The translations under genes were made by a program, and so were the position numbers. Positions 27,852 to 36,747 of a stretch of DNA of 64,000 nt are shown piece after piece. The notes below the pieces were generated by a model that did not search any database, was not told the origin of the DNA, and worked only from the letters and a program-made list of their open reading frames with translations. Numbering within the stretch: position 1 is the stretch's first letter; the number at the start of each line of letters is the position of its first letter. The stretch lies in the IMG/VR virus record IMGVR_UViG_3300028920_000028; one strand, 5' to 3'. The DNA is from an uncultured virus (IMG/VR IMGVR_UViG_3300028920_000028) (taxonomy: Duplodnaviria > Heunggongvirae > Uroviricota > Caudoviricetes).

Positions 27852-28129
27852 GCAGCTATTGGGTTTCGTGGTGGACCGGCCCGTCGGAGGGGGGTTTCGA
27901 ACTGAACTCCCCGTGGTGGGTGTCCGGGTCGAGGGGGGTCGACGAGGACTCGATGGATTCCGTCTGCGCCGCGGTCAGGGCAGACAGCGAGAAGGACGCC
28001 AAGGGGGTCATATACGGCTGCTATGACAAGAGGCCCGCCCACCTTGATTTCAGGTTCGTCAACCAAAGGGACGATGGATGGTCGCCGTTCTGCGACAGGT
28101 TTCCGAAAGCCGGCTGGATGGAGTGGTAG
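27848..28129 (+). CDS. small Trp-rich hypothetical protein
   Basis: PWWVSG...WSPFCDRF; ATGA overlap. Confidence 0.7.
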   Translation: MSSYWVSWWTGPSEGGFELNSPWWVSGSRGVDEDSMDSVCAAVRADSEKDAKGVIYGCYDKRPAHLDFRFVNQRDDGWSPFCDRFPKAGWMEW

Positions 28130-29109
28130 CCGCCGTGTTCTCCGGGCCACCACCCAGGCGGCGCGGGCGGCCCCCCGAGGGTTCCGAGAACGGGATCCGC
28201 TGGGCACCGCCGCCCATCACCAAGGAACAGCGTGGGGGCAGGGTTCTGGACGGGTACTTCTCCGACCTCCAGCGGTACACGCCGCTCACCCAGGACCAGG
28301 AGAGGGAGCTTTTCCTGCGGTACCGCGACGGCGACCTTGGCGCCCGGCGAAAGATCCTGCTGCACAATCTCCGCTTCGTCGTCCGGGTGGCGAAGCAGTA
28401 CACCTCCTCCGGGTTGCCGCTCCCCGACTTGATATCTGAGGGGAACCACGGCCTCGTGATGGCGGTGGAGAGGTTCGATGTCAACAAGAACTTCAAGTTC
28501 ATATCATACGCCGTGTGGTGGATCCGGCAGTCGATCCTGCGGGCCATATCCATGCAGTCCAGGCAACTGAAGCTGCCCCTGAACCAGACCCAGAAGATCG
28601 TTGCCATATCCAAGGCCACCGAGAGGCTCCAGCAGGCGAGGAAAAGGCAGCCGTCGGTCGAGGAGATCGCCGAGGAGGCCGGGCTCAAGCTCGCGGAGGT
28701 CCTCAGCATGGTCGCTGTCATGACGCCGCACGCGAGGATGGACGGCCCCGTGGGGCGCGGCAAATCGTCGTTCTCTGACACCGTGCCGGACAGGGAGGAG
28801 AGCGCCCTGGACAGGCTGGAGGGAGAGGATGTCTCCGCGGAGCTGACGGCCGCGCTGTCCGTGCTAAGCGGTAAGGAGAAGACGGCCGTCCTGGAGTATT
28901 TTGGCTTCAACAACGAGTTCGAGTCCACCCTGCAGGAAATCGGCGACCGGATGGGGGTGAGCCGGGAGCGCGTCCGTCAGCTGCGGGATAAAGGGTTGAG
29001 GAAGATACGCGAGCACATGACGGGCGCGGGCGGGAAAGGAGAGCGGCATGGCCGCGGGAAAAAAGGCCGCAAGGGAAAGAAAGCCCAAGAGGGCGAAGCC
29101 GAAGGGTAG
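28078..29109 (+). CDS. RpoD/RpoS-family sigma-70 factor (true start probably near 28123-28135)
   Basis: Region 1.2 YFSDLQRYTPLT; region 2 NLRFVV.VAKQY, DLISEGN.GL, FKFISYAVWWIRQSI; region 4 TLQEIG..MGVSRERVRQL. Confidence 0.93.
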   Translation: MVAVLRQVSESRLDGVVAAVFSGPPPRRRGRPPEGSENGIRWAPPPITKEQRGGRVLDGYFSDLQRYTPLTQDQERELFLRYRDGDLGARRKILLHNLRFVVRVAKQYTSSGLPLPDLISEGNHGLVMAVERFDVNKNFKFISYAVWWIRQSILRAISMQSRQLKLPLNQTQKIVAISKATERLQQARKRQPSVEEIAEEAGLKLAEVLSMVAVMTPHARMDGPVGRGKSSFSDTVPDREESALDRLEGEDVSAELTAALSVLSGKEKTAVLEYFGFNNEFESTLQEIGDRMGVSRERVRQLRDKGLRKIREHMTGAGGKGERHGRGKKGRKGKKAQEGEAEG

Positions 29110-29692
29110 GTGCCTGGTCGAGGGGTGCCGTAGGACCGCCATCGAGCGGGGGTTCTGCGCCAGCCACGTCTCCGGGCTCCGCAGCGGCCTGTACGACGCG
29201 TCGGGGAGGCAGATCCGGCCCAAATACGCGGAGCCGCCGTTCAACCGGGCGCTGCGCAAGACCATCAAGCTGACGGAGGTCGCGGGGCTGAACGCCGAGG
29301 AGATCCGGGGGAGGATCCGGGCGGGCGACGAGGCCTTGAGGGATTTGGTGAACAGGTGCATGCTCGACATCAACGAGGGCACGTCAGCCAGCAGGGCCTC
29401 GTTGACCGAGGGGAAGTTCGTGTTCGGTAACATACACCGCATCCGGCCGTCCATGCTCCAAAAGCTGGTGGGGGACGACCCCAAGAAGAGGGTGAGGAGG
29501 CTCGCGGAGGCGGACAAGGCGCGCATCGCCTGGCATCTCGTCAGGGGTGCTTCGTCCAAGAGGATATTGGAGGTCATGCCGTGGTACACGAAGAGGCAGG
29601 TGGCATCCGTGGTGGCGGAGGTGCGCAGCGGCGCGCTCCCGGTGCCGCGGCACCTCGCGGGGAACAGACCGAGCCGGCGACCAAGTCGGTGA
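29048..29692 (+). CDS. hypothetical basic protein with C..C..C..H motif
   Basis: CLVEGC...GFCASH. Confidence 0.65.
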   Translation: MAAGKKAARERKPKRAKPKGRCLVEGCRRTAIERGFCASHVSGLRSGLYDASGRQIRPKYAEPPFNRALRKTIKLTEVAGLNAEEIRGRIRAGDEALRDLVNRCMLDINEGTSASRASLTEGKFVFGNIHRIRPSMLQKLVGDDPKKRVRRLAEADKARIAWHLVRGASSKRILEVMPWYTKRQVASVVAEVRSGALPVPRHLAGNRPSRRPSR

Positions 29693-30015
29693 CAGCCCTG
29701 TACAGGGGTTGGCTCAGGGTACTCGGTAGGGAGCCGAGGGCCGTGTACGTCAAAGACTGCGAGGGGGATTTCGCCGCCCTGGGGGAGATCAAGGGCATCG
29801 CGCGGTCGCGCGGGTACGCGGTCGGACCGCTGGACATAGGCGGACCGGACGGCGCCGCGTTCCCGGCGGCCCTTTTCAAGGGATCCGGGCGCATCGGCAA
29901 ATGGAGGTCGCTCGACGGCGGGGCGAGGGGAAGAATGTCCGGCATCATCGTGGCGGACAGCTTCCAGCGGGGGCCGGTCGCGATGGTGGAGTTTCAAGGA
30001 GGCGGGGATGGATGA
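29689..30015 (+). CDS. hypothetical protein
   Basis: GTGA overlap. Confidence 0.5.
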   Translation: MTALYRGWLRVLGREPRAVYVKDCEGDFAALGEIKGIARSRGYAVGPLDIGGPDGAAFPAALFKGSGRIGKWRSLDGGARGRMSGIIVADSFQRGPVAMVEFQGGGDG

Positions 30016-30418
30016 GGGGCAGGACAGGCACGCCTTGATGGGCGGGCATTTCGAGAGGAACGGGATCTACGAGGGATACCACGATCTGTGCATGAAACTC
30101 GACACGGTGCCCGTGTCGAGGGACGCCCTCATCGACGTGTACCTGGACATACTCGAAAAGCGCGACGAGCTCTACGAGCAGGCATCGTCGGAAGTGGAGA
30201 ACGACAAGAGGAAGCTATTGGAGGACCTCGAGGAGGAAGGCGCCCCGGTGGAGGAACTCGTGATGGTGAACGCCCTCCCCCCGTCCATGACCATAACGGT
30301 AAACGAACTCAAGGCCGGCATCATATGTCTGTATGTGGTGTTCCCGAAGGGTCCATCGAAGCCTTATGTCATCCCGGCCTACGTGGAGAGCGGAAACGAC
30401 AGGGCGACCTTCCTGTAG
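30008..30418 (+). CDS. acidic hypothetical protein
   Basis: RBS GGAGG; GC3-rich. Confidence 0.7.
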   Translation: MDEGQDRHALMGGHFERNGIYEGYHDLCMKLDTVPVSRDALIDVYLDILEKRDELYEQASSEVENDKRKLLEDLEEEGAPVEELVMVNALPPSMTITVNELKAGIICLYVVFPKGPSKPYVIPAYVESGNDRATFL

Positions 30419-30423
30419 AGCCG

Positions 30424-30438
30424 CGGCACAATTATTGA
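30424..30438 (+). promoter_or_regulatory. possible sigma54-type promoter
   Basis: CGGCAC-AATTA-TTGA, GG-N10-GA, in an intergenic gap. Confidence 0.4.
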
Positions 30439-30475
30439 ATGCGCGACGGACGAGTTGCGCGAAAGGAGAGTGGGC

Positions 30476-31177
30476 ATGACGTTCTCAACAGAGGTCCAGG
30501 ATGTCGTGAAGCGGTTCGTGGGGATGGGGGCGAAGTTCACCAGCGTGGATGTCGCCAACGAGGTCAAGAGATCGGGAGTCTGGCGCCGCAACTCCGACGT
30601 GGCCGCGGAGCTGCGCAGGATGTTCAAGGCTGGCGAGTGCGGCCTCTCCTCCTACGAGATGTCCGCGATAAACGTGCTCAGCGGGTCGAAAAGGGCAATT
30701 CTGTACCACCTGTCAGGCTCCGACCCCGATGACTACCAGGACCGCGACCAGCGCGCCCTGAAGCCGTCGGACGTGAATGCCGCGCCGAAGGCGGCGACGG
30801 CCCCGAAGGCCCGGCCGACCGCGAAGGCGGCGTCGAAGCCCGTGATACTCAAGAGGGTCAAGAGGGACATGACGACCCAGGCCTCGGACGCGACGGACAT
30901 AGCGGCGGCCCTGGACGCGAACATCGTCATGTCGCGGGTGGTTCGCTCGAAGGAGCGGATCAAGATCGCGGCCCCCATGGTCCGCAGGCTCGGCTGGCAG
31001 CCGGGGCAGCAGGCGGACATGAGCCGCATCAAGACCCACAAGGCCGTCAAGTGCGGGGTGATCGTGTCCCGGGAGTGCCGGGTGAGCATACCGCGAAAGG
31101 CGGTGAAGTGGGGGGACAAGCCGGTCAAGGTCATGCTGACCGACACCAACGAGATTGTCTTCGCCAAGGCCAGGTAG
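30476..31177 (+). CDS. putative DNA-binding protein (winged-helix-like N-terminus, AbrB-like C-terminus)
   Basis: FTSVDVANEVK; Ala/Lys/Pro linker; RIKIAAPMVRRLGWQPG. Confidence 0.6.
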   Translation: MTFSTEVQDVVKRFVGMGAKFTSVDVANEVKRSGVWRRNSDVAAELRRMFKAGECGLSSYEMSAINVLSGSKRAILYHLSGSDPDDYQDRDQRALKPSDVNAAPKAATAPKARPTAKAASKPVILKRVKRDMTTQASDATDIAAALDANIVMSRVVRSKERIKIAAPMVRRLGWQPGQQADMSRIKTHKAVKCGVIVSRECRVSIPRKAVKWGDKPVKVMLTDTNEIVFAKAR

Positions 31178-31390
31178 CGGTGCTGGGGAGGGTCACGGAC
31201 GGTTTCGACGGGGGGCTGGACACCCAAGCCAAGCTATGGCTGGCGGTGAACGGGGTTTCCCTGCCGCGGCCGCTGTATTACGCGCGGCTCGGCGTGAGGC
31301 AGAAGGTGGAGTTCCTCACGGGCCCGCTACGTCGGATGAGAAACCACCCTTCCCGGCGGGACGAGAAAAGGGGACAAAACAGAGGTGACA

Positions 31391-31402
31391 AGATAGTATA
31401 TT
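31391..31402 (+). promoter_or_regulatory. GTATATT-family promoter
   Basis: AGATAGTATATT upstream of the macrodomain operon. Confidence 0.6.
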
Positions 31403-31440
31403 AGAATTGTCTATTCCGTACTTATGGGGGCAGCATACTT

Positions 31441-31959
31441 ATGAACCTCTTCCACGTCGTCGGCGACGCCACATCGCCGGTCAAGAACCCCGCCGTCATA
31501 GCCCACGTGTGCAACACCACGGGCAAGTGGGGCAAGGGTTTCGTGCTGCCCCTCGGGAGAAAATTCCCACAGGCCAAAGGCGACTTCCTCTCGAAGCCGT
31601 CCAGAGCCATCAACGAGGTCTCCATCGTCGATTGCGGCAACGGCGTCCACGTGGCGAACATGGTGGCGCAAGTCGGCACGCGACCGCGCCGCGGGCAGAT
31701 ACCCCTCCGGTACAGCGCCCTTCATGTGTGCCTGGACACCGTCCAGAAGTTCGCGGAGACCAACGGCGCCACCGTGCACATGCCGCGCATCGGCGCCGGA
31801 CTCGCGGGTGGAGACTGGAACGTCATCAAGTCTGTCATCACCGCCACCATGAAGGTGGACACATACGTCTACACACTGGAATCCGAGAGGGAGGACTGGC
31901 CCGAGACCAAGAGCGTCGACGTGGCCGGCATCCTCGACGGGGCTGATTCCGACGAATGA
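31441..31959 (+). CDS. macrodomain ADP-ribosylhydrolase (TARG1/DarG/Poa1-like)
   Basis: VGDAT, IAHVCN..GKWGKGF, VANMVAQ, MPRIGAGLAGGDW. Confidence 0.9.
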   Translation: MNLFHVVGDATSPVKNPAVIAHVCNTTGKWGKGFVLPLGRKFPQAKGDFLSKPSRAINEVSIVDCGNGVHVANMVAQVGTRPRRGQIPLRYSALHVCLDTVQKFAETNGATVHMPRIGAGLAGGDWNVIKSVITATMKVDTYVYTLESEREDWPETKSVDVAGILDGADSDE

Positions 31960-31981
31960 GGCACTAGAAAGGACGGGACCG

Positions 31982-32785
31982 ATGGGGAAGAAGGTATGCT
32001 TGTTGGTGGTCGACCCGCAGTACGATTTCTGCGACCCGAACGGCAAGTTGAGCGTTTCCGGGGCTGACAAGGACATGGAGCGCCTGTCGAAGCTGGTCAC
32101 CAGGGCCAAGGGCGACATCGAGGAGATTGTCGTCACGCTGGACTCCCACCGCACGCTCCACATAGCCCACCCCATATGGTGGAAGGACGCGGACGGCGGC
32201 CACCCGGCCCCCTTCACGCTGATCAACGAGGAGGATGTCGTCGGCGACGACCCGAAGTGGCGCGCCACGAACCCCGCCTACCAGAAGCGGTCGGTCGAGT
32301 ACGTGAAGAGCCTCAAGGCGAACGGGCGCTACGTCCTGTGCATCTGGCCGCCGCACTGCCTGATAGGCAGCGGGGGATACCAGGTCCTCCCGGTGCTGTT
32401 CGACGCCCTGTGCGACTGGGAGCAGCAGTTCGCGGCCGTGAACTACGTGACGAAGGGCAGCAACATCTTCACGGAGCACTACAGCGCCGTCCAGGCGGAC
32501 GTATTCGACCCCGAGGACCCGGGCACCGGGCTGAACACCGACTTGATCAGGACCCTGCAGGACATGGATGTCATCGCCATCGCCGGGGAGGCCAGCAGCC
32601 ATTGCGTCGCCAGCACGGTGAGGGACATCGCCGACAACTTCGGGGAGGACAACGTCCGCAAGTTCCTGTACCTCGAGGACGCCTGCTCGCCGGTCACGGG
32701 GTTCGAGGGGCTGGAGAAGGCGTTCCTGGACGACATGACCAAGCGCGGCATGCAGGTCGGCACCACGGACAAGTTCCTCACGTGA
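31982..32785 (+). CDS. pncA: nicotinamidase / isochorismatase-family cysteine hydrolase
   Basis: VDPQYDFC, LDSH, WPPHC, KG, AGEASSHCV catalytic motifs. Confidence 0.82.
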   Translation: MGKKVCLLVVDPQYDFCDPNGKLSVSGADKDMERLSKLVTRAKGDIEEIVVTLDSHRTLHIAHPIWWKDADGGHPAPFTLINEEDVVGDDPKWRATNPAYQKRSVEYVKSLKANGRYVLCIWPPHCLIGSGGYQVLPVLFDALCDWEQQFAAVNYVTKGSNIFTEHYSAVQADVFDPEDPGTGLNTDLIRTLQDMDVIAIAGEASSHCVASTVRDIADNFGEDNVRKFLYLEDACSPVTGFEGLEKAFLDDMTKRGMQVGTTDKFLT

Positions 32786-32792
32786 GGGGGCT

Positions 32793-33542
32793 ATGAAACT
32801 AACGCCGGACATGCTCGGCAATCTCAAGGCCGCCTGCGCGAAGGGGTTGATCGTCCCGCGCACGGAGAACAACAAATATCTCGACGTGTCCTACAAGGGG
32901 GCCGGGGGCTTGGTATCCGAGAAATGGAACGTCAAGGTGTATTCGAGCGGATCGGTGGTGACCACGGACTCGGTGACCCTGCAGAACCTCTGCGACGGTT
33001 CGATATCGCCCCCGGACGACCGATTGAGGGTTATCCAGATAGACGACTCCGGATGGGGGTTCCCGCTCTGCGGCGTCATGGTCGGGGTCTCCGACGGGGA
33101 GCGGATGATGACTGCCGTCGTGGACGTGAAGTGGTTCAGGGAGCCCTTGTTCGGGACGAAGGGGTATCTGCAGGAGTACTCGCGCCTGGGCAGGGAGGTC
33201 ATGTGGCACCACTTCTCGGCGACCCCCGACCTCTTTCGCGTGGAGATATGCACCGGGTACGTCAACAGCCGGCTCAAGTCGGATCTGCGCAAGGAGGGGT
33301 ACGACGTGCGGGTGGGGGAGATAAAGGGGTTCCTGCAGGACAGGCTCGAGAGGAACTTCAAGGACTACGTCAAACGCACCCTCGGGGCCAACATGGCGTA
33401 CGACCCGAAGGAGATGGCCGGCGACAAGAGGGCGCTGGCGAGGAAGTTCGAGGCGGTCATGAGGTGGGGGCTTCAATACCGGCCCGACATGCTCAAGAAC
33501 GGGTGGGGGTCGATCCAGAAGCTGAGATCGGAGGCGGCGTGA
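32793..33542 (+). CDS. RNase HII/HIII-like protein
   Basis: IQIDDSGWGFPLCGVMVG resembles DEAGRG..GP; N-terminal VKVYSSGSVV resembles the HIII TBP-like domain. Confidence 0.6.
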   Translation: MKLTPDMLGNLKAACAKGLIVPRTENNKYLDVSYKGAGGLVSEKWNVKVYSSGSVVTTDSVTLQNLCDGSISPPDDRLRVIQIDDSGWGFPLCGVMVGVSDGERMMTAVVDVKWFREPLFGTKGYLQEYSRLGREVMWHHFSATPDLFRVEICTGYVNSRLKSDLRKEGYDVRVGEIKGFLQDRLERNFKDYVKRTLGANMAYDPKEMAGDKRALARKFEAVMRWGLQYRPDMLKNGWGSIQKLRSEAA

Positions 33543-33567
33543 CATCATCACCGGGCCGCGAACCGAG

Positions 33568-33597
33568 TTTACAATCCGTCGATAAGACGGCTAATAT
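33568..33597 (+). promoter_or_regulatory. sigma70-type promoter
   Basis: TTTACA-N18-TAATAT upstream of the vWA gene. Confidence 0.5.
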
Positions 33598-33617
33598 CCG
33601 CCTAAAAGGAGGCAGGA

Positions 33618-34364
33618 ATGCCGAAGCTGCTTGACAAGAACCCGATGGACACGCACAAGACGATGCACAGCTTCCAGTACTCGGCCGTGGACGTCAACTC
33701 CCTCGGGGCCTCGGAGTACACCATCGTCGGCATCTCCCAGGACACCTCGGGGTCGGTGTCGCCCTTCAAGAAGGACATGGAGGACGCACTCAAAAAGATC
33801 GTTGACGCCTGCCGCAAGTCGCCCCGCTCCGAGAACCTCCTGCTGCGCCTGTCGGAGTTCAACGACAACGTCGGCGAACTGCACGGCTTCCGGGAGCTGC
33901 GCAACATCGACCCGACGGAGTACGACGACCTTCTCGAGCCGCGCGGCATGACGGCCCTGTATGACGCCACCGTGGACGGCGCCGAGGCCATCGAGAGGTA
34001 CGGAAAGACCCTCACGGACATGGAGTACGCCTGCAACGGCATCATGTTCGTGGTGACGGACGGCGGCGAGAACCACTCGAACGTGGTCAAGAGCGCCAAG
34101 ACGGTCAAGGACTGCGTGTCACGAGTCGTCCGCGACGAGGCCTTGGAGTCCTTCCGCGTCGTGCTGCTCGGCGTCGGCGACGACCCGGTGGCCAAGCAGG
34201 ACATCGACGACTTCCGGAAGGAGGCCGGCATCGATCAATACGTTCACATAGGCGAGGCGACACCGTCCAAGCTGGCGAAGCTGGCTGACTTCATCAGCCG
34301 CAGCATCAGTTCGACGTCGCAGGCGCTCGGGACGGGGCAGCCATCGCAGCCGCTGACCTTCTGA
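33618..34364 (+). CDS. vWA-domain protein (TerY/YegL-like)
   Basis: MIDAS DTSGS, GMTALYDA, VVTDGGEN. Confidence 0.88.
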   Translation: MPKLLDKNPMDTHKTMHSFQYSAVDVNSLGASEYTIVGISQDTSGSVSPFKKDMEDALKKIVDACRKSPRSENLLLRLSEFNDNVGELHGFRELRNIDPTEYDDLLEPRGMTALYDATVDGAEAIERYGKTLTDMEYACNGIMFVVTDGGENHSNVVKSAKTVKDCVSRVVRDEALESFRVVLLGVGDDPVAKQDIDDFRKEAGIDQYVHIGEATPSKLAKLADFISRSISSTSQALGTGQPSQPLTF

Positions 34365-34377
34365 GAGGGGGCCCCCA

Positions 34378-34575
34378 ATGCCCGTAAACCCGGACAATAT
34401 GACGTGGACGTGCGACGTCTGCGGGGATGTCAGGCCGGACAGGTGCATCAGCGTGCACACGGTCGACATATCGGCCGATCTGGGGGTCCCGGAGGGTAGC
34501 GCGAAAAGGAATTTCAAGTACTGCAACGACAGACGGGAATGTATCGAGGGCGTCAAGAGGAAGAGGGGCGTCTGA
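34378..34575 (+). CDS. small Zn-binding protein
   Basis: WTCDVC...YCND..EC. Confidence 0.65.
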   Translation: MPVNPDNMTWTCDVCGDVRPDRCISVHTVDISADLGVPEGSAKRNFKYCNDRRECIEGVKRKRGV

Positions 34576-34595
34576 TTCAAGGGGAGAGGTGGTCA

Positions 34596-34916
34596 ATGGC
34601 GAGAAGAACCGTCGAGTTTTACTGCACAGTGTGCCACACTTACTTCGACATACGGCTCAACATGGATCTGAACGGGAACTACAGGATACATTGCCCGATG
34701 CCAGGCTGCGGGCACGTGCACTACAGGGCGGTGAGGGACGGCGAGATCACCGGCGATAGGTTTCCCGTGAACGACAGCGAACTCCTAATCGAGGACATCA
34801 TGCCCATGAAGTCGTCCTGCAGGAAGGGCAGCACGGAAACGGAGTTGGACAGCGAGGTCAGCCCGAAGGCCGAAGGGTTTCTGCGCAGGATGTGGAAGGA
34901 TATGGTTGATGCCTGA
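34596..34916 (+). CDS. Zn-ribbon protein
   Basis: CTVC...CPMPGCGHVHYR. Confidence 0.7.
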   Translation: MARRTVEFYCTVCHTYFDIRLNMDLNGNYRIHCPMPGCGHVHYRAVRDGEITGDRFPVNDSELLIEDIMPMKSSCRKGSTETELDSEVSPKAEGFLRRMWKDMVDA

Positions 34917-35283
34917 CGAACCCCGGGAGGCCATCCGGTTCGACATGCACGCCTTGGGCCTCAAGGAGAGGCACCTGGTGGTCGGCGACATAGATGATCT
35001 GCCGGACCTCGTGGGGGTGCGCGCCATGGTGTCCAAGAAGAGGCTGCAGGAGCGCGACCTTTTGAAGTGTGTCTGGTTCGACCTCTGGAAGGGGGATCAC
35101 GGCGGTGTCCCGGAGAAGTACGACCCGAGCGGCCGCCAGGTGCCGGACAACCAGCTGCACGCCATGCTCCTGGCGACTCTGTGCCTGCGCAAGGAGCTGG
35201 AGGCGGAATTGGACAGGCGCGCGGAGTTCCGCGCCAGGGTGAACAAGGAAATCGAGGGCCTCACGGGCTCGGACGGGGCGTAG
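34906..35283 (+). CDS. hypothetical protein
   Basis: Coupled ORF. Confidence 0.65.
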   Translation: MMPDEPREAIRFDMHALGLKERHLVVGDIDDLPDLVGVRAMVSKKRLQERDLLKCVWFDLWKGDHGGVPEKYDPSGRQVPDNQLHAMLLATLCLRKELEAELDRRAEFRARVNKEIEGLTGSDGA

Positions 35284-35284
35284 G

Positions 35285-36301
35285 ATGGAAGAGACTACAT
35301 GGACGGGATCGACCGCGGGCGAGCCGCTCGTGGTGAGGATGGGGGAGGACGGCCTCTGCACGTGCACCTGCGCCGACCGATGCCCCGCCGGCAAGAGCGG
35401 GATGTCCAGCCGATGCACCAGGGAGCAGGTGGAGGCGGCCGGAGGAAGGGCCGTCGCGCCCGACAGCCCGGACGGTATCCTCATGAGGTACTTCGACGTC
35501 GGATCCTGCACGGGGTCCTACCTCGAGGCGCTGCGCGCCATGAAGCGGGCCGAGGAGGGGGACTGGCGCTGGAACCCGAAGCTGAGGGGCAGCGGAATCA
35601 TCGAGTGCATCCCGCAGTCCGGGCCGTGCCCCATGGGGTGCGAGGATTGCTTCTTCCAGAACGGCCGCAGCTACCTCGAGCCGCTTTCGGAGAACCTGCC
35701 GCACGTGCCGACGACGGAGATGGCGGACGGCCGCATCGTGCGGATGAACGACGGCAACGACTCCAACGTGCAGCGAGACCTGGTCGAGAGGGTGGCGCAG
35801 CAGTACACCGACTTCTTCTTCAACACGAGCATACCGCACGACCTGGGGAGGTTCCCCGGACCCGTGGTGCTGACCGTGAACCCCGCGAAGATGACGGACA
35901 CGGACTTCCACAAGCTGGACAAGGCGCTGCCCAACCTCATGTACGTGAGGGTGAGGGTCAACACGTGGAACCTGCACACGGTGGTCCGCCCGGCCGTGGA
36001 ACATTACACGGGACTCGGCGTGCCGGTCGTGCTCACCTATATGGCTTATTACACGTCGATCATCCCGGAGGAACACCGCGGCGCGTACGAGTGGAAGAAG
36101 CGCACCACCAACCCATATTGGGTTATCACGCAAGAGTGGGCGGACTTCATAGAGAGTATGTTCAAGGACAACACGTTGGTCTACTCATGCGGCCGCCGCG
36201 GCCAATACGCATGCTTCCTGTGCGGCAACTGTCTGCGGGAGTACCATGCGGCGAAGGAGCGGATAAGGCTCGCGCGGGAGACTAGAAAGGAGAAGGGGTG
36301 A
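35285..36301 (+). CDS. radical SAM protein
   Basis: CPMGCEDC (Cx3Cx2C); C-terminal C...C..CGNC cluster. Confidence 0.78.
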   Translation: MEETTWTGSTAGEPLVVRMGEDGLCTCTCADRCPAGKSGMSSRCTREQVEAAGGRAVAPDSPDGILMRYFDVGSCTGSYLEALRAMKRAEEGDWRWNPKLRGSGIIECIPQSGPCPMGCEDCFFQNGRSYLEPLSENLPHVPTTEMADGRIVRMNDGNDSNVQRDLVERVAQQYTDFFFNTSIPHDLGRFPGPVVLTVNPAKMTDTDFHKLDKALPNLMYVRVRVNTWNLHTVVRPAVEHYTGLGVPVVLTYMAYYTSIIPEEHRGAYEWKKRTTNPYWVITQEWADFIESMFKDNTLVYSCGRRGQYACFLCGNCLREYHAAKERIRLARETRKEKG

Positions 36302-36744
36302 TGGCGAGCAAGAAGAGGAGCAATATCATACCCTTTGTGCCCGGGGGCGCGCCACCGACCGACGCGCCACCGACCGACGCGGACCCGGCCGAGGGCAATC
36401 TCGTCGAGAGCGGCACAATCGGAGACGGCGGGTCGCTGCATTGGGAGGTGTTCGCCTGCGGCACGATCCACATCGACGACGGGCCCTTGAGCTTCCGCAA
36501 GGACTGCGACCTGTTCGAGGAGGCCTTGAACAACGTGCCGGACGACTTGTCGGAGGGCGACGAGTACGTCATCGAGGGGTCGGGGGACAACGACGACCTT
36601 GTCGTCATGTGCATGCAGGGGAAATACAGGTTGTCGGTCCGCAAGCGCGGGCTCGGCATCATATCGAAACTCCGCGAGGTCATCAGCAAGGCCCGCGGGC
36701 ACAAGGCGGGAAACACCAAGAAGCCCAAGACGGGCAGGGGGTAG
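36298..36744 (+). CDS. hypothetical protein
   Basis: Overlap with upstream stop; 15-nt tandem duplication (APPTD x2). Confidence 0.65.
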   Translation: MMASKKRSNIIPFVPGGAPPTDAPPTDADPAEGNLVESGTIGDGGSLHWEVFACGTIHIDDGPLSFRKDCDLFEEALNNVPDDLSEGDEYVIEGSGDNDDLVVMCMQGKYRLSVRKRGLGIISKLREVISKARGHKAGNTKKPKTGRG

Positions 36745-36747
36745 TCC

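Noticed and set aside
29581..30015. Programmed frameshift joining 29048-29692 to the next ORF
   Set aside because: A GTGA start/stop overlap at 29689-29692 explains it as two coupled genes
36349..36378. 15-bp tandem duplication (also a similar one near 17761)
   Set aside because: In-frame micro-duplications in linker regions with no sign of a larger system
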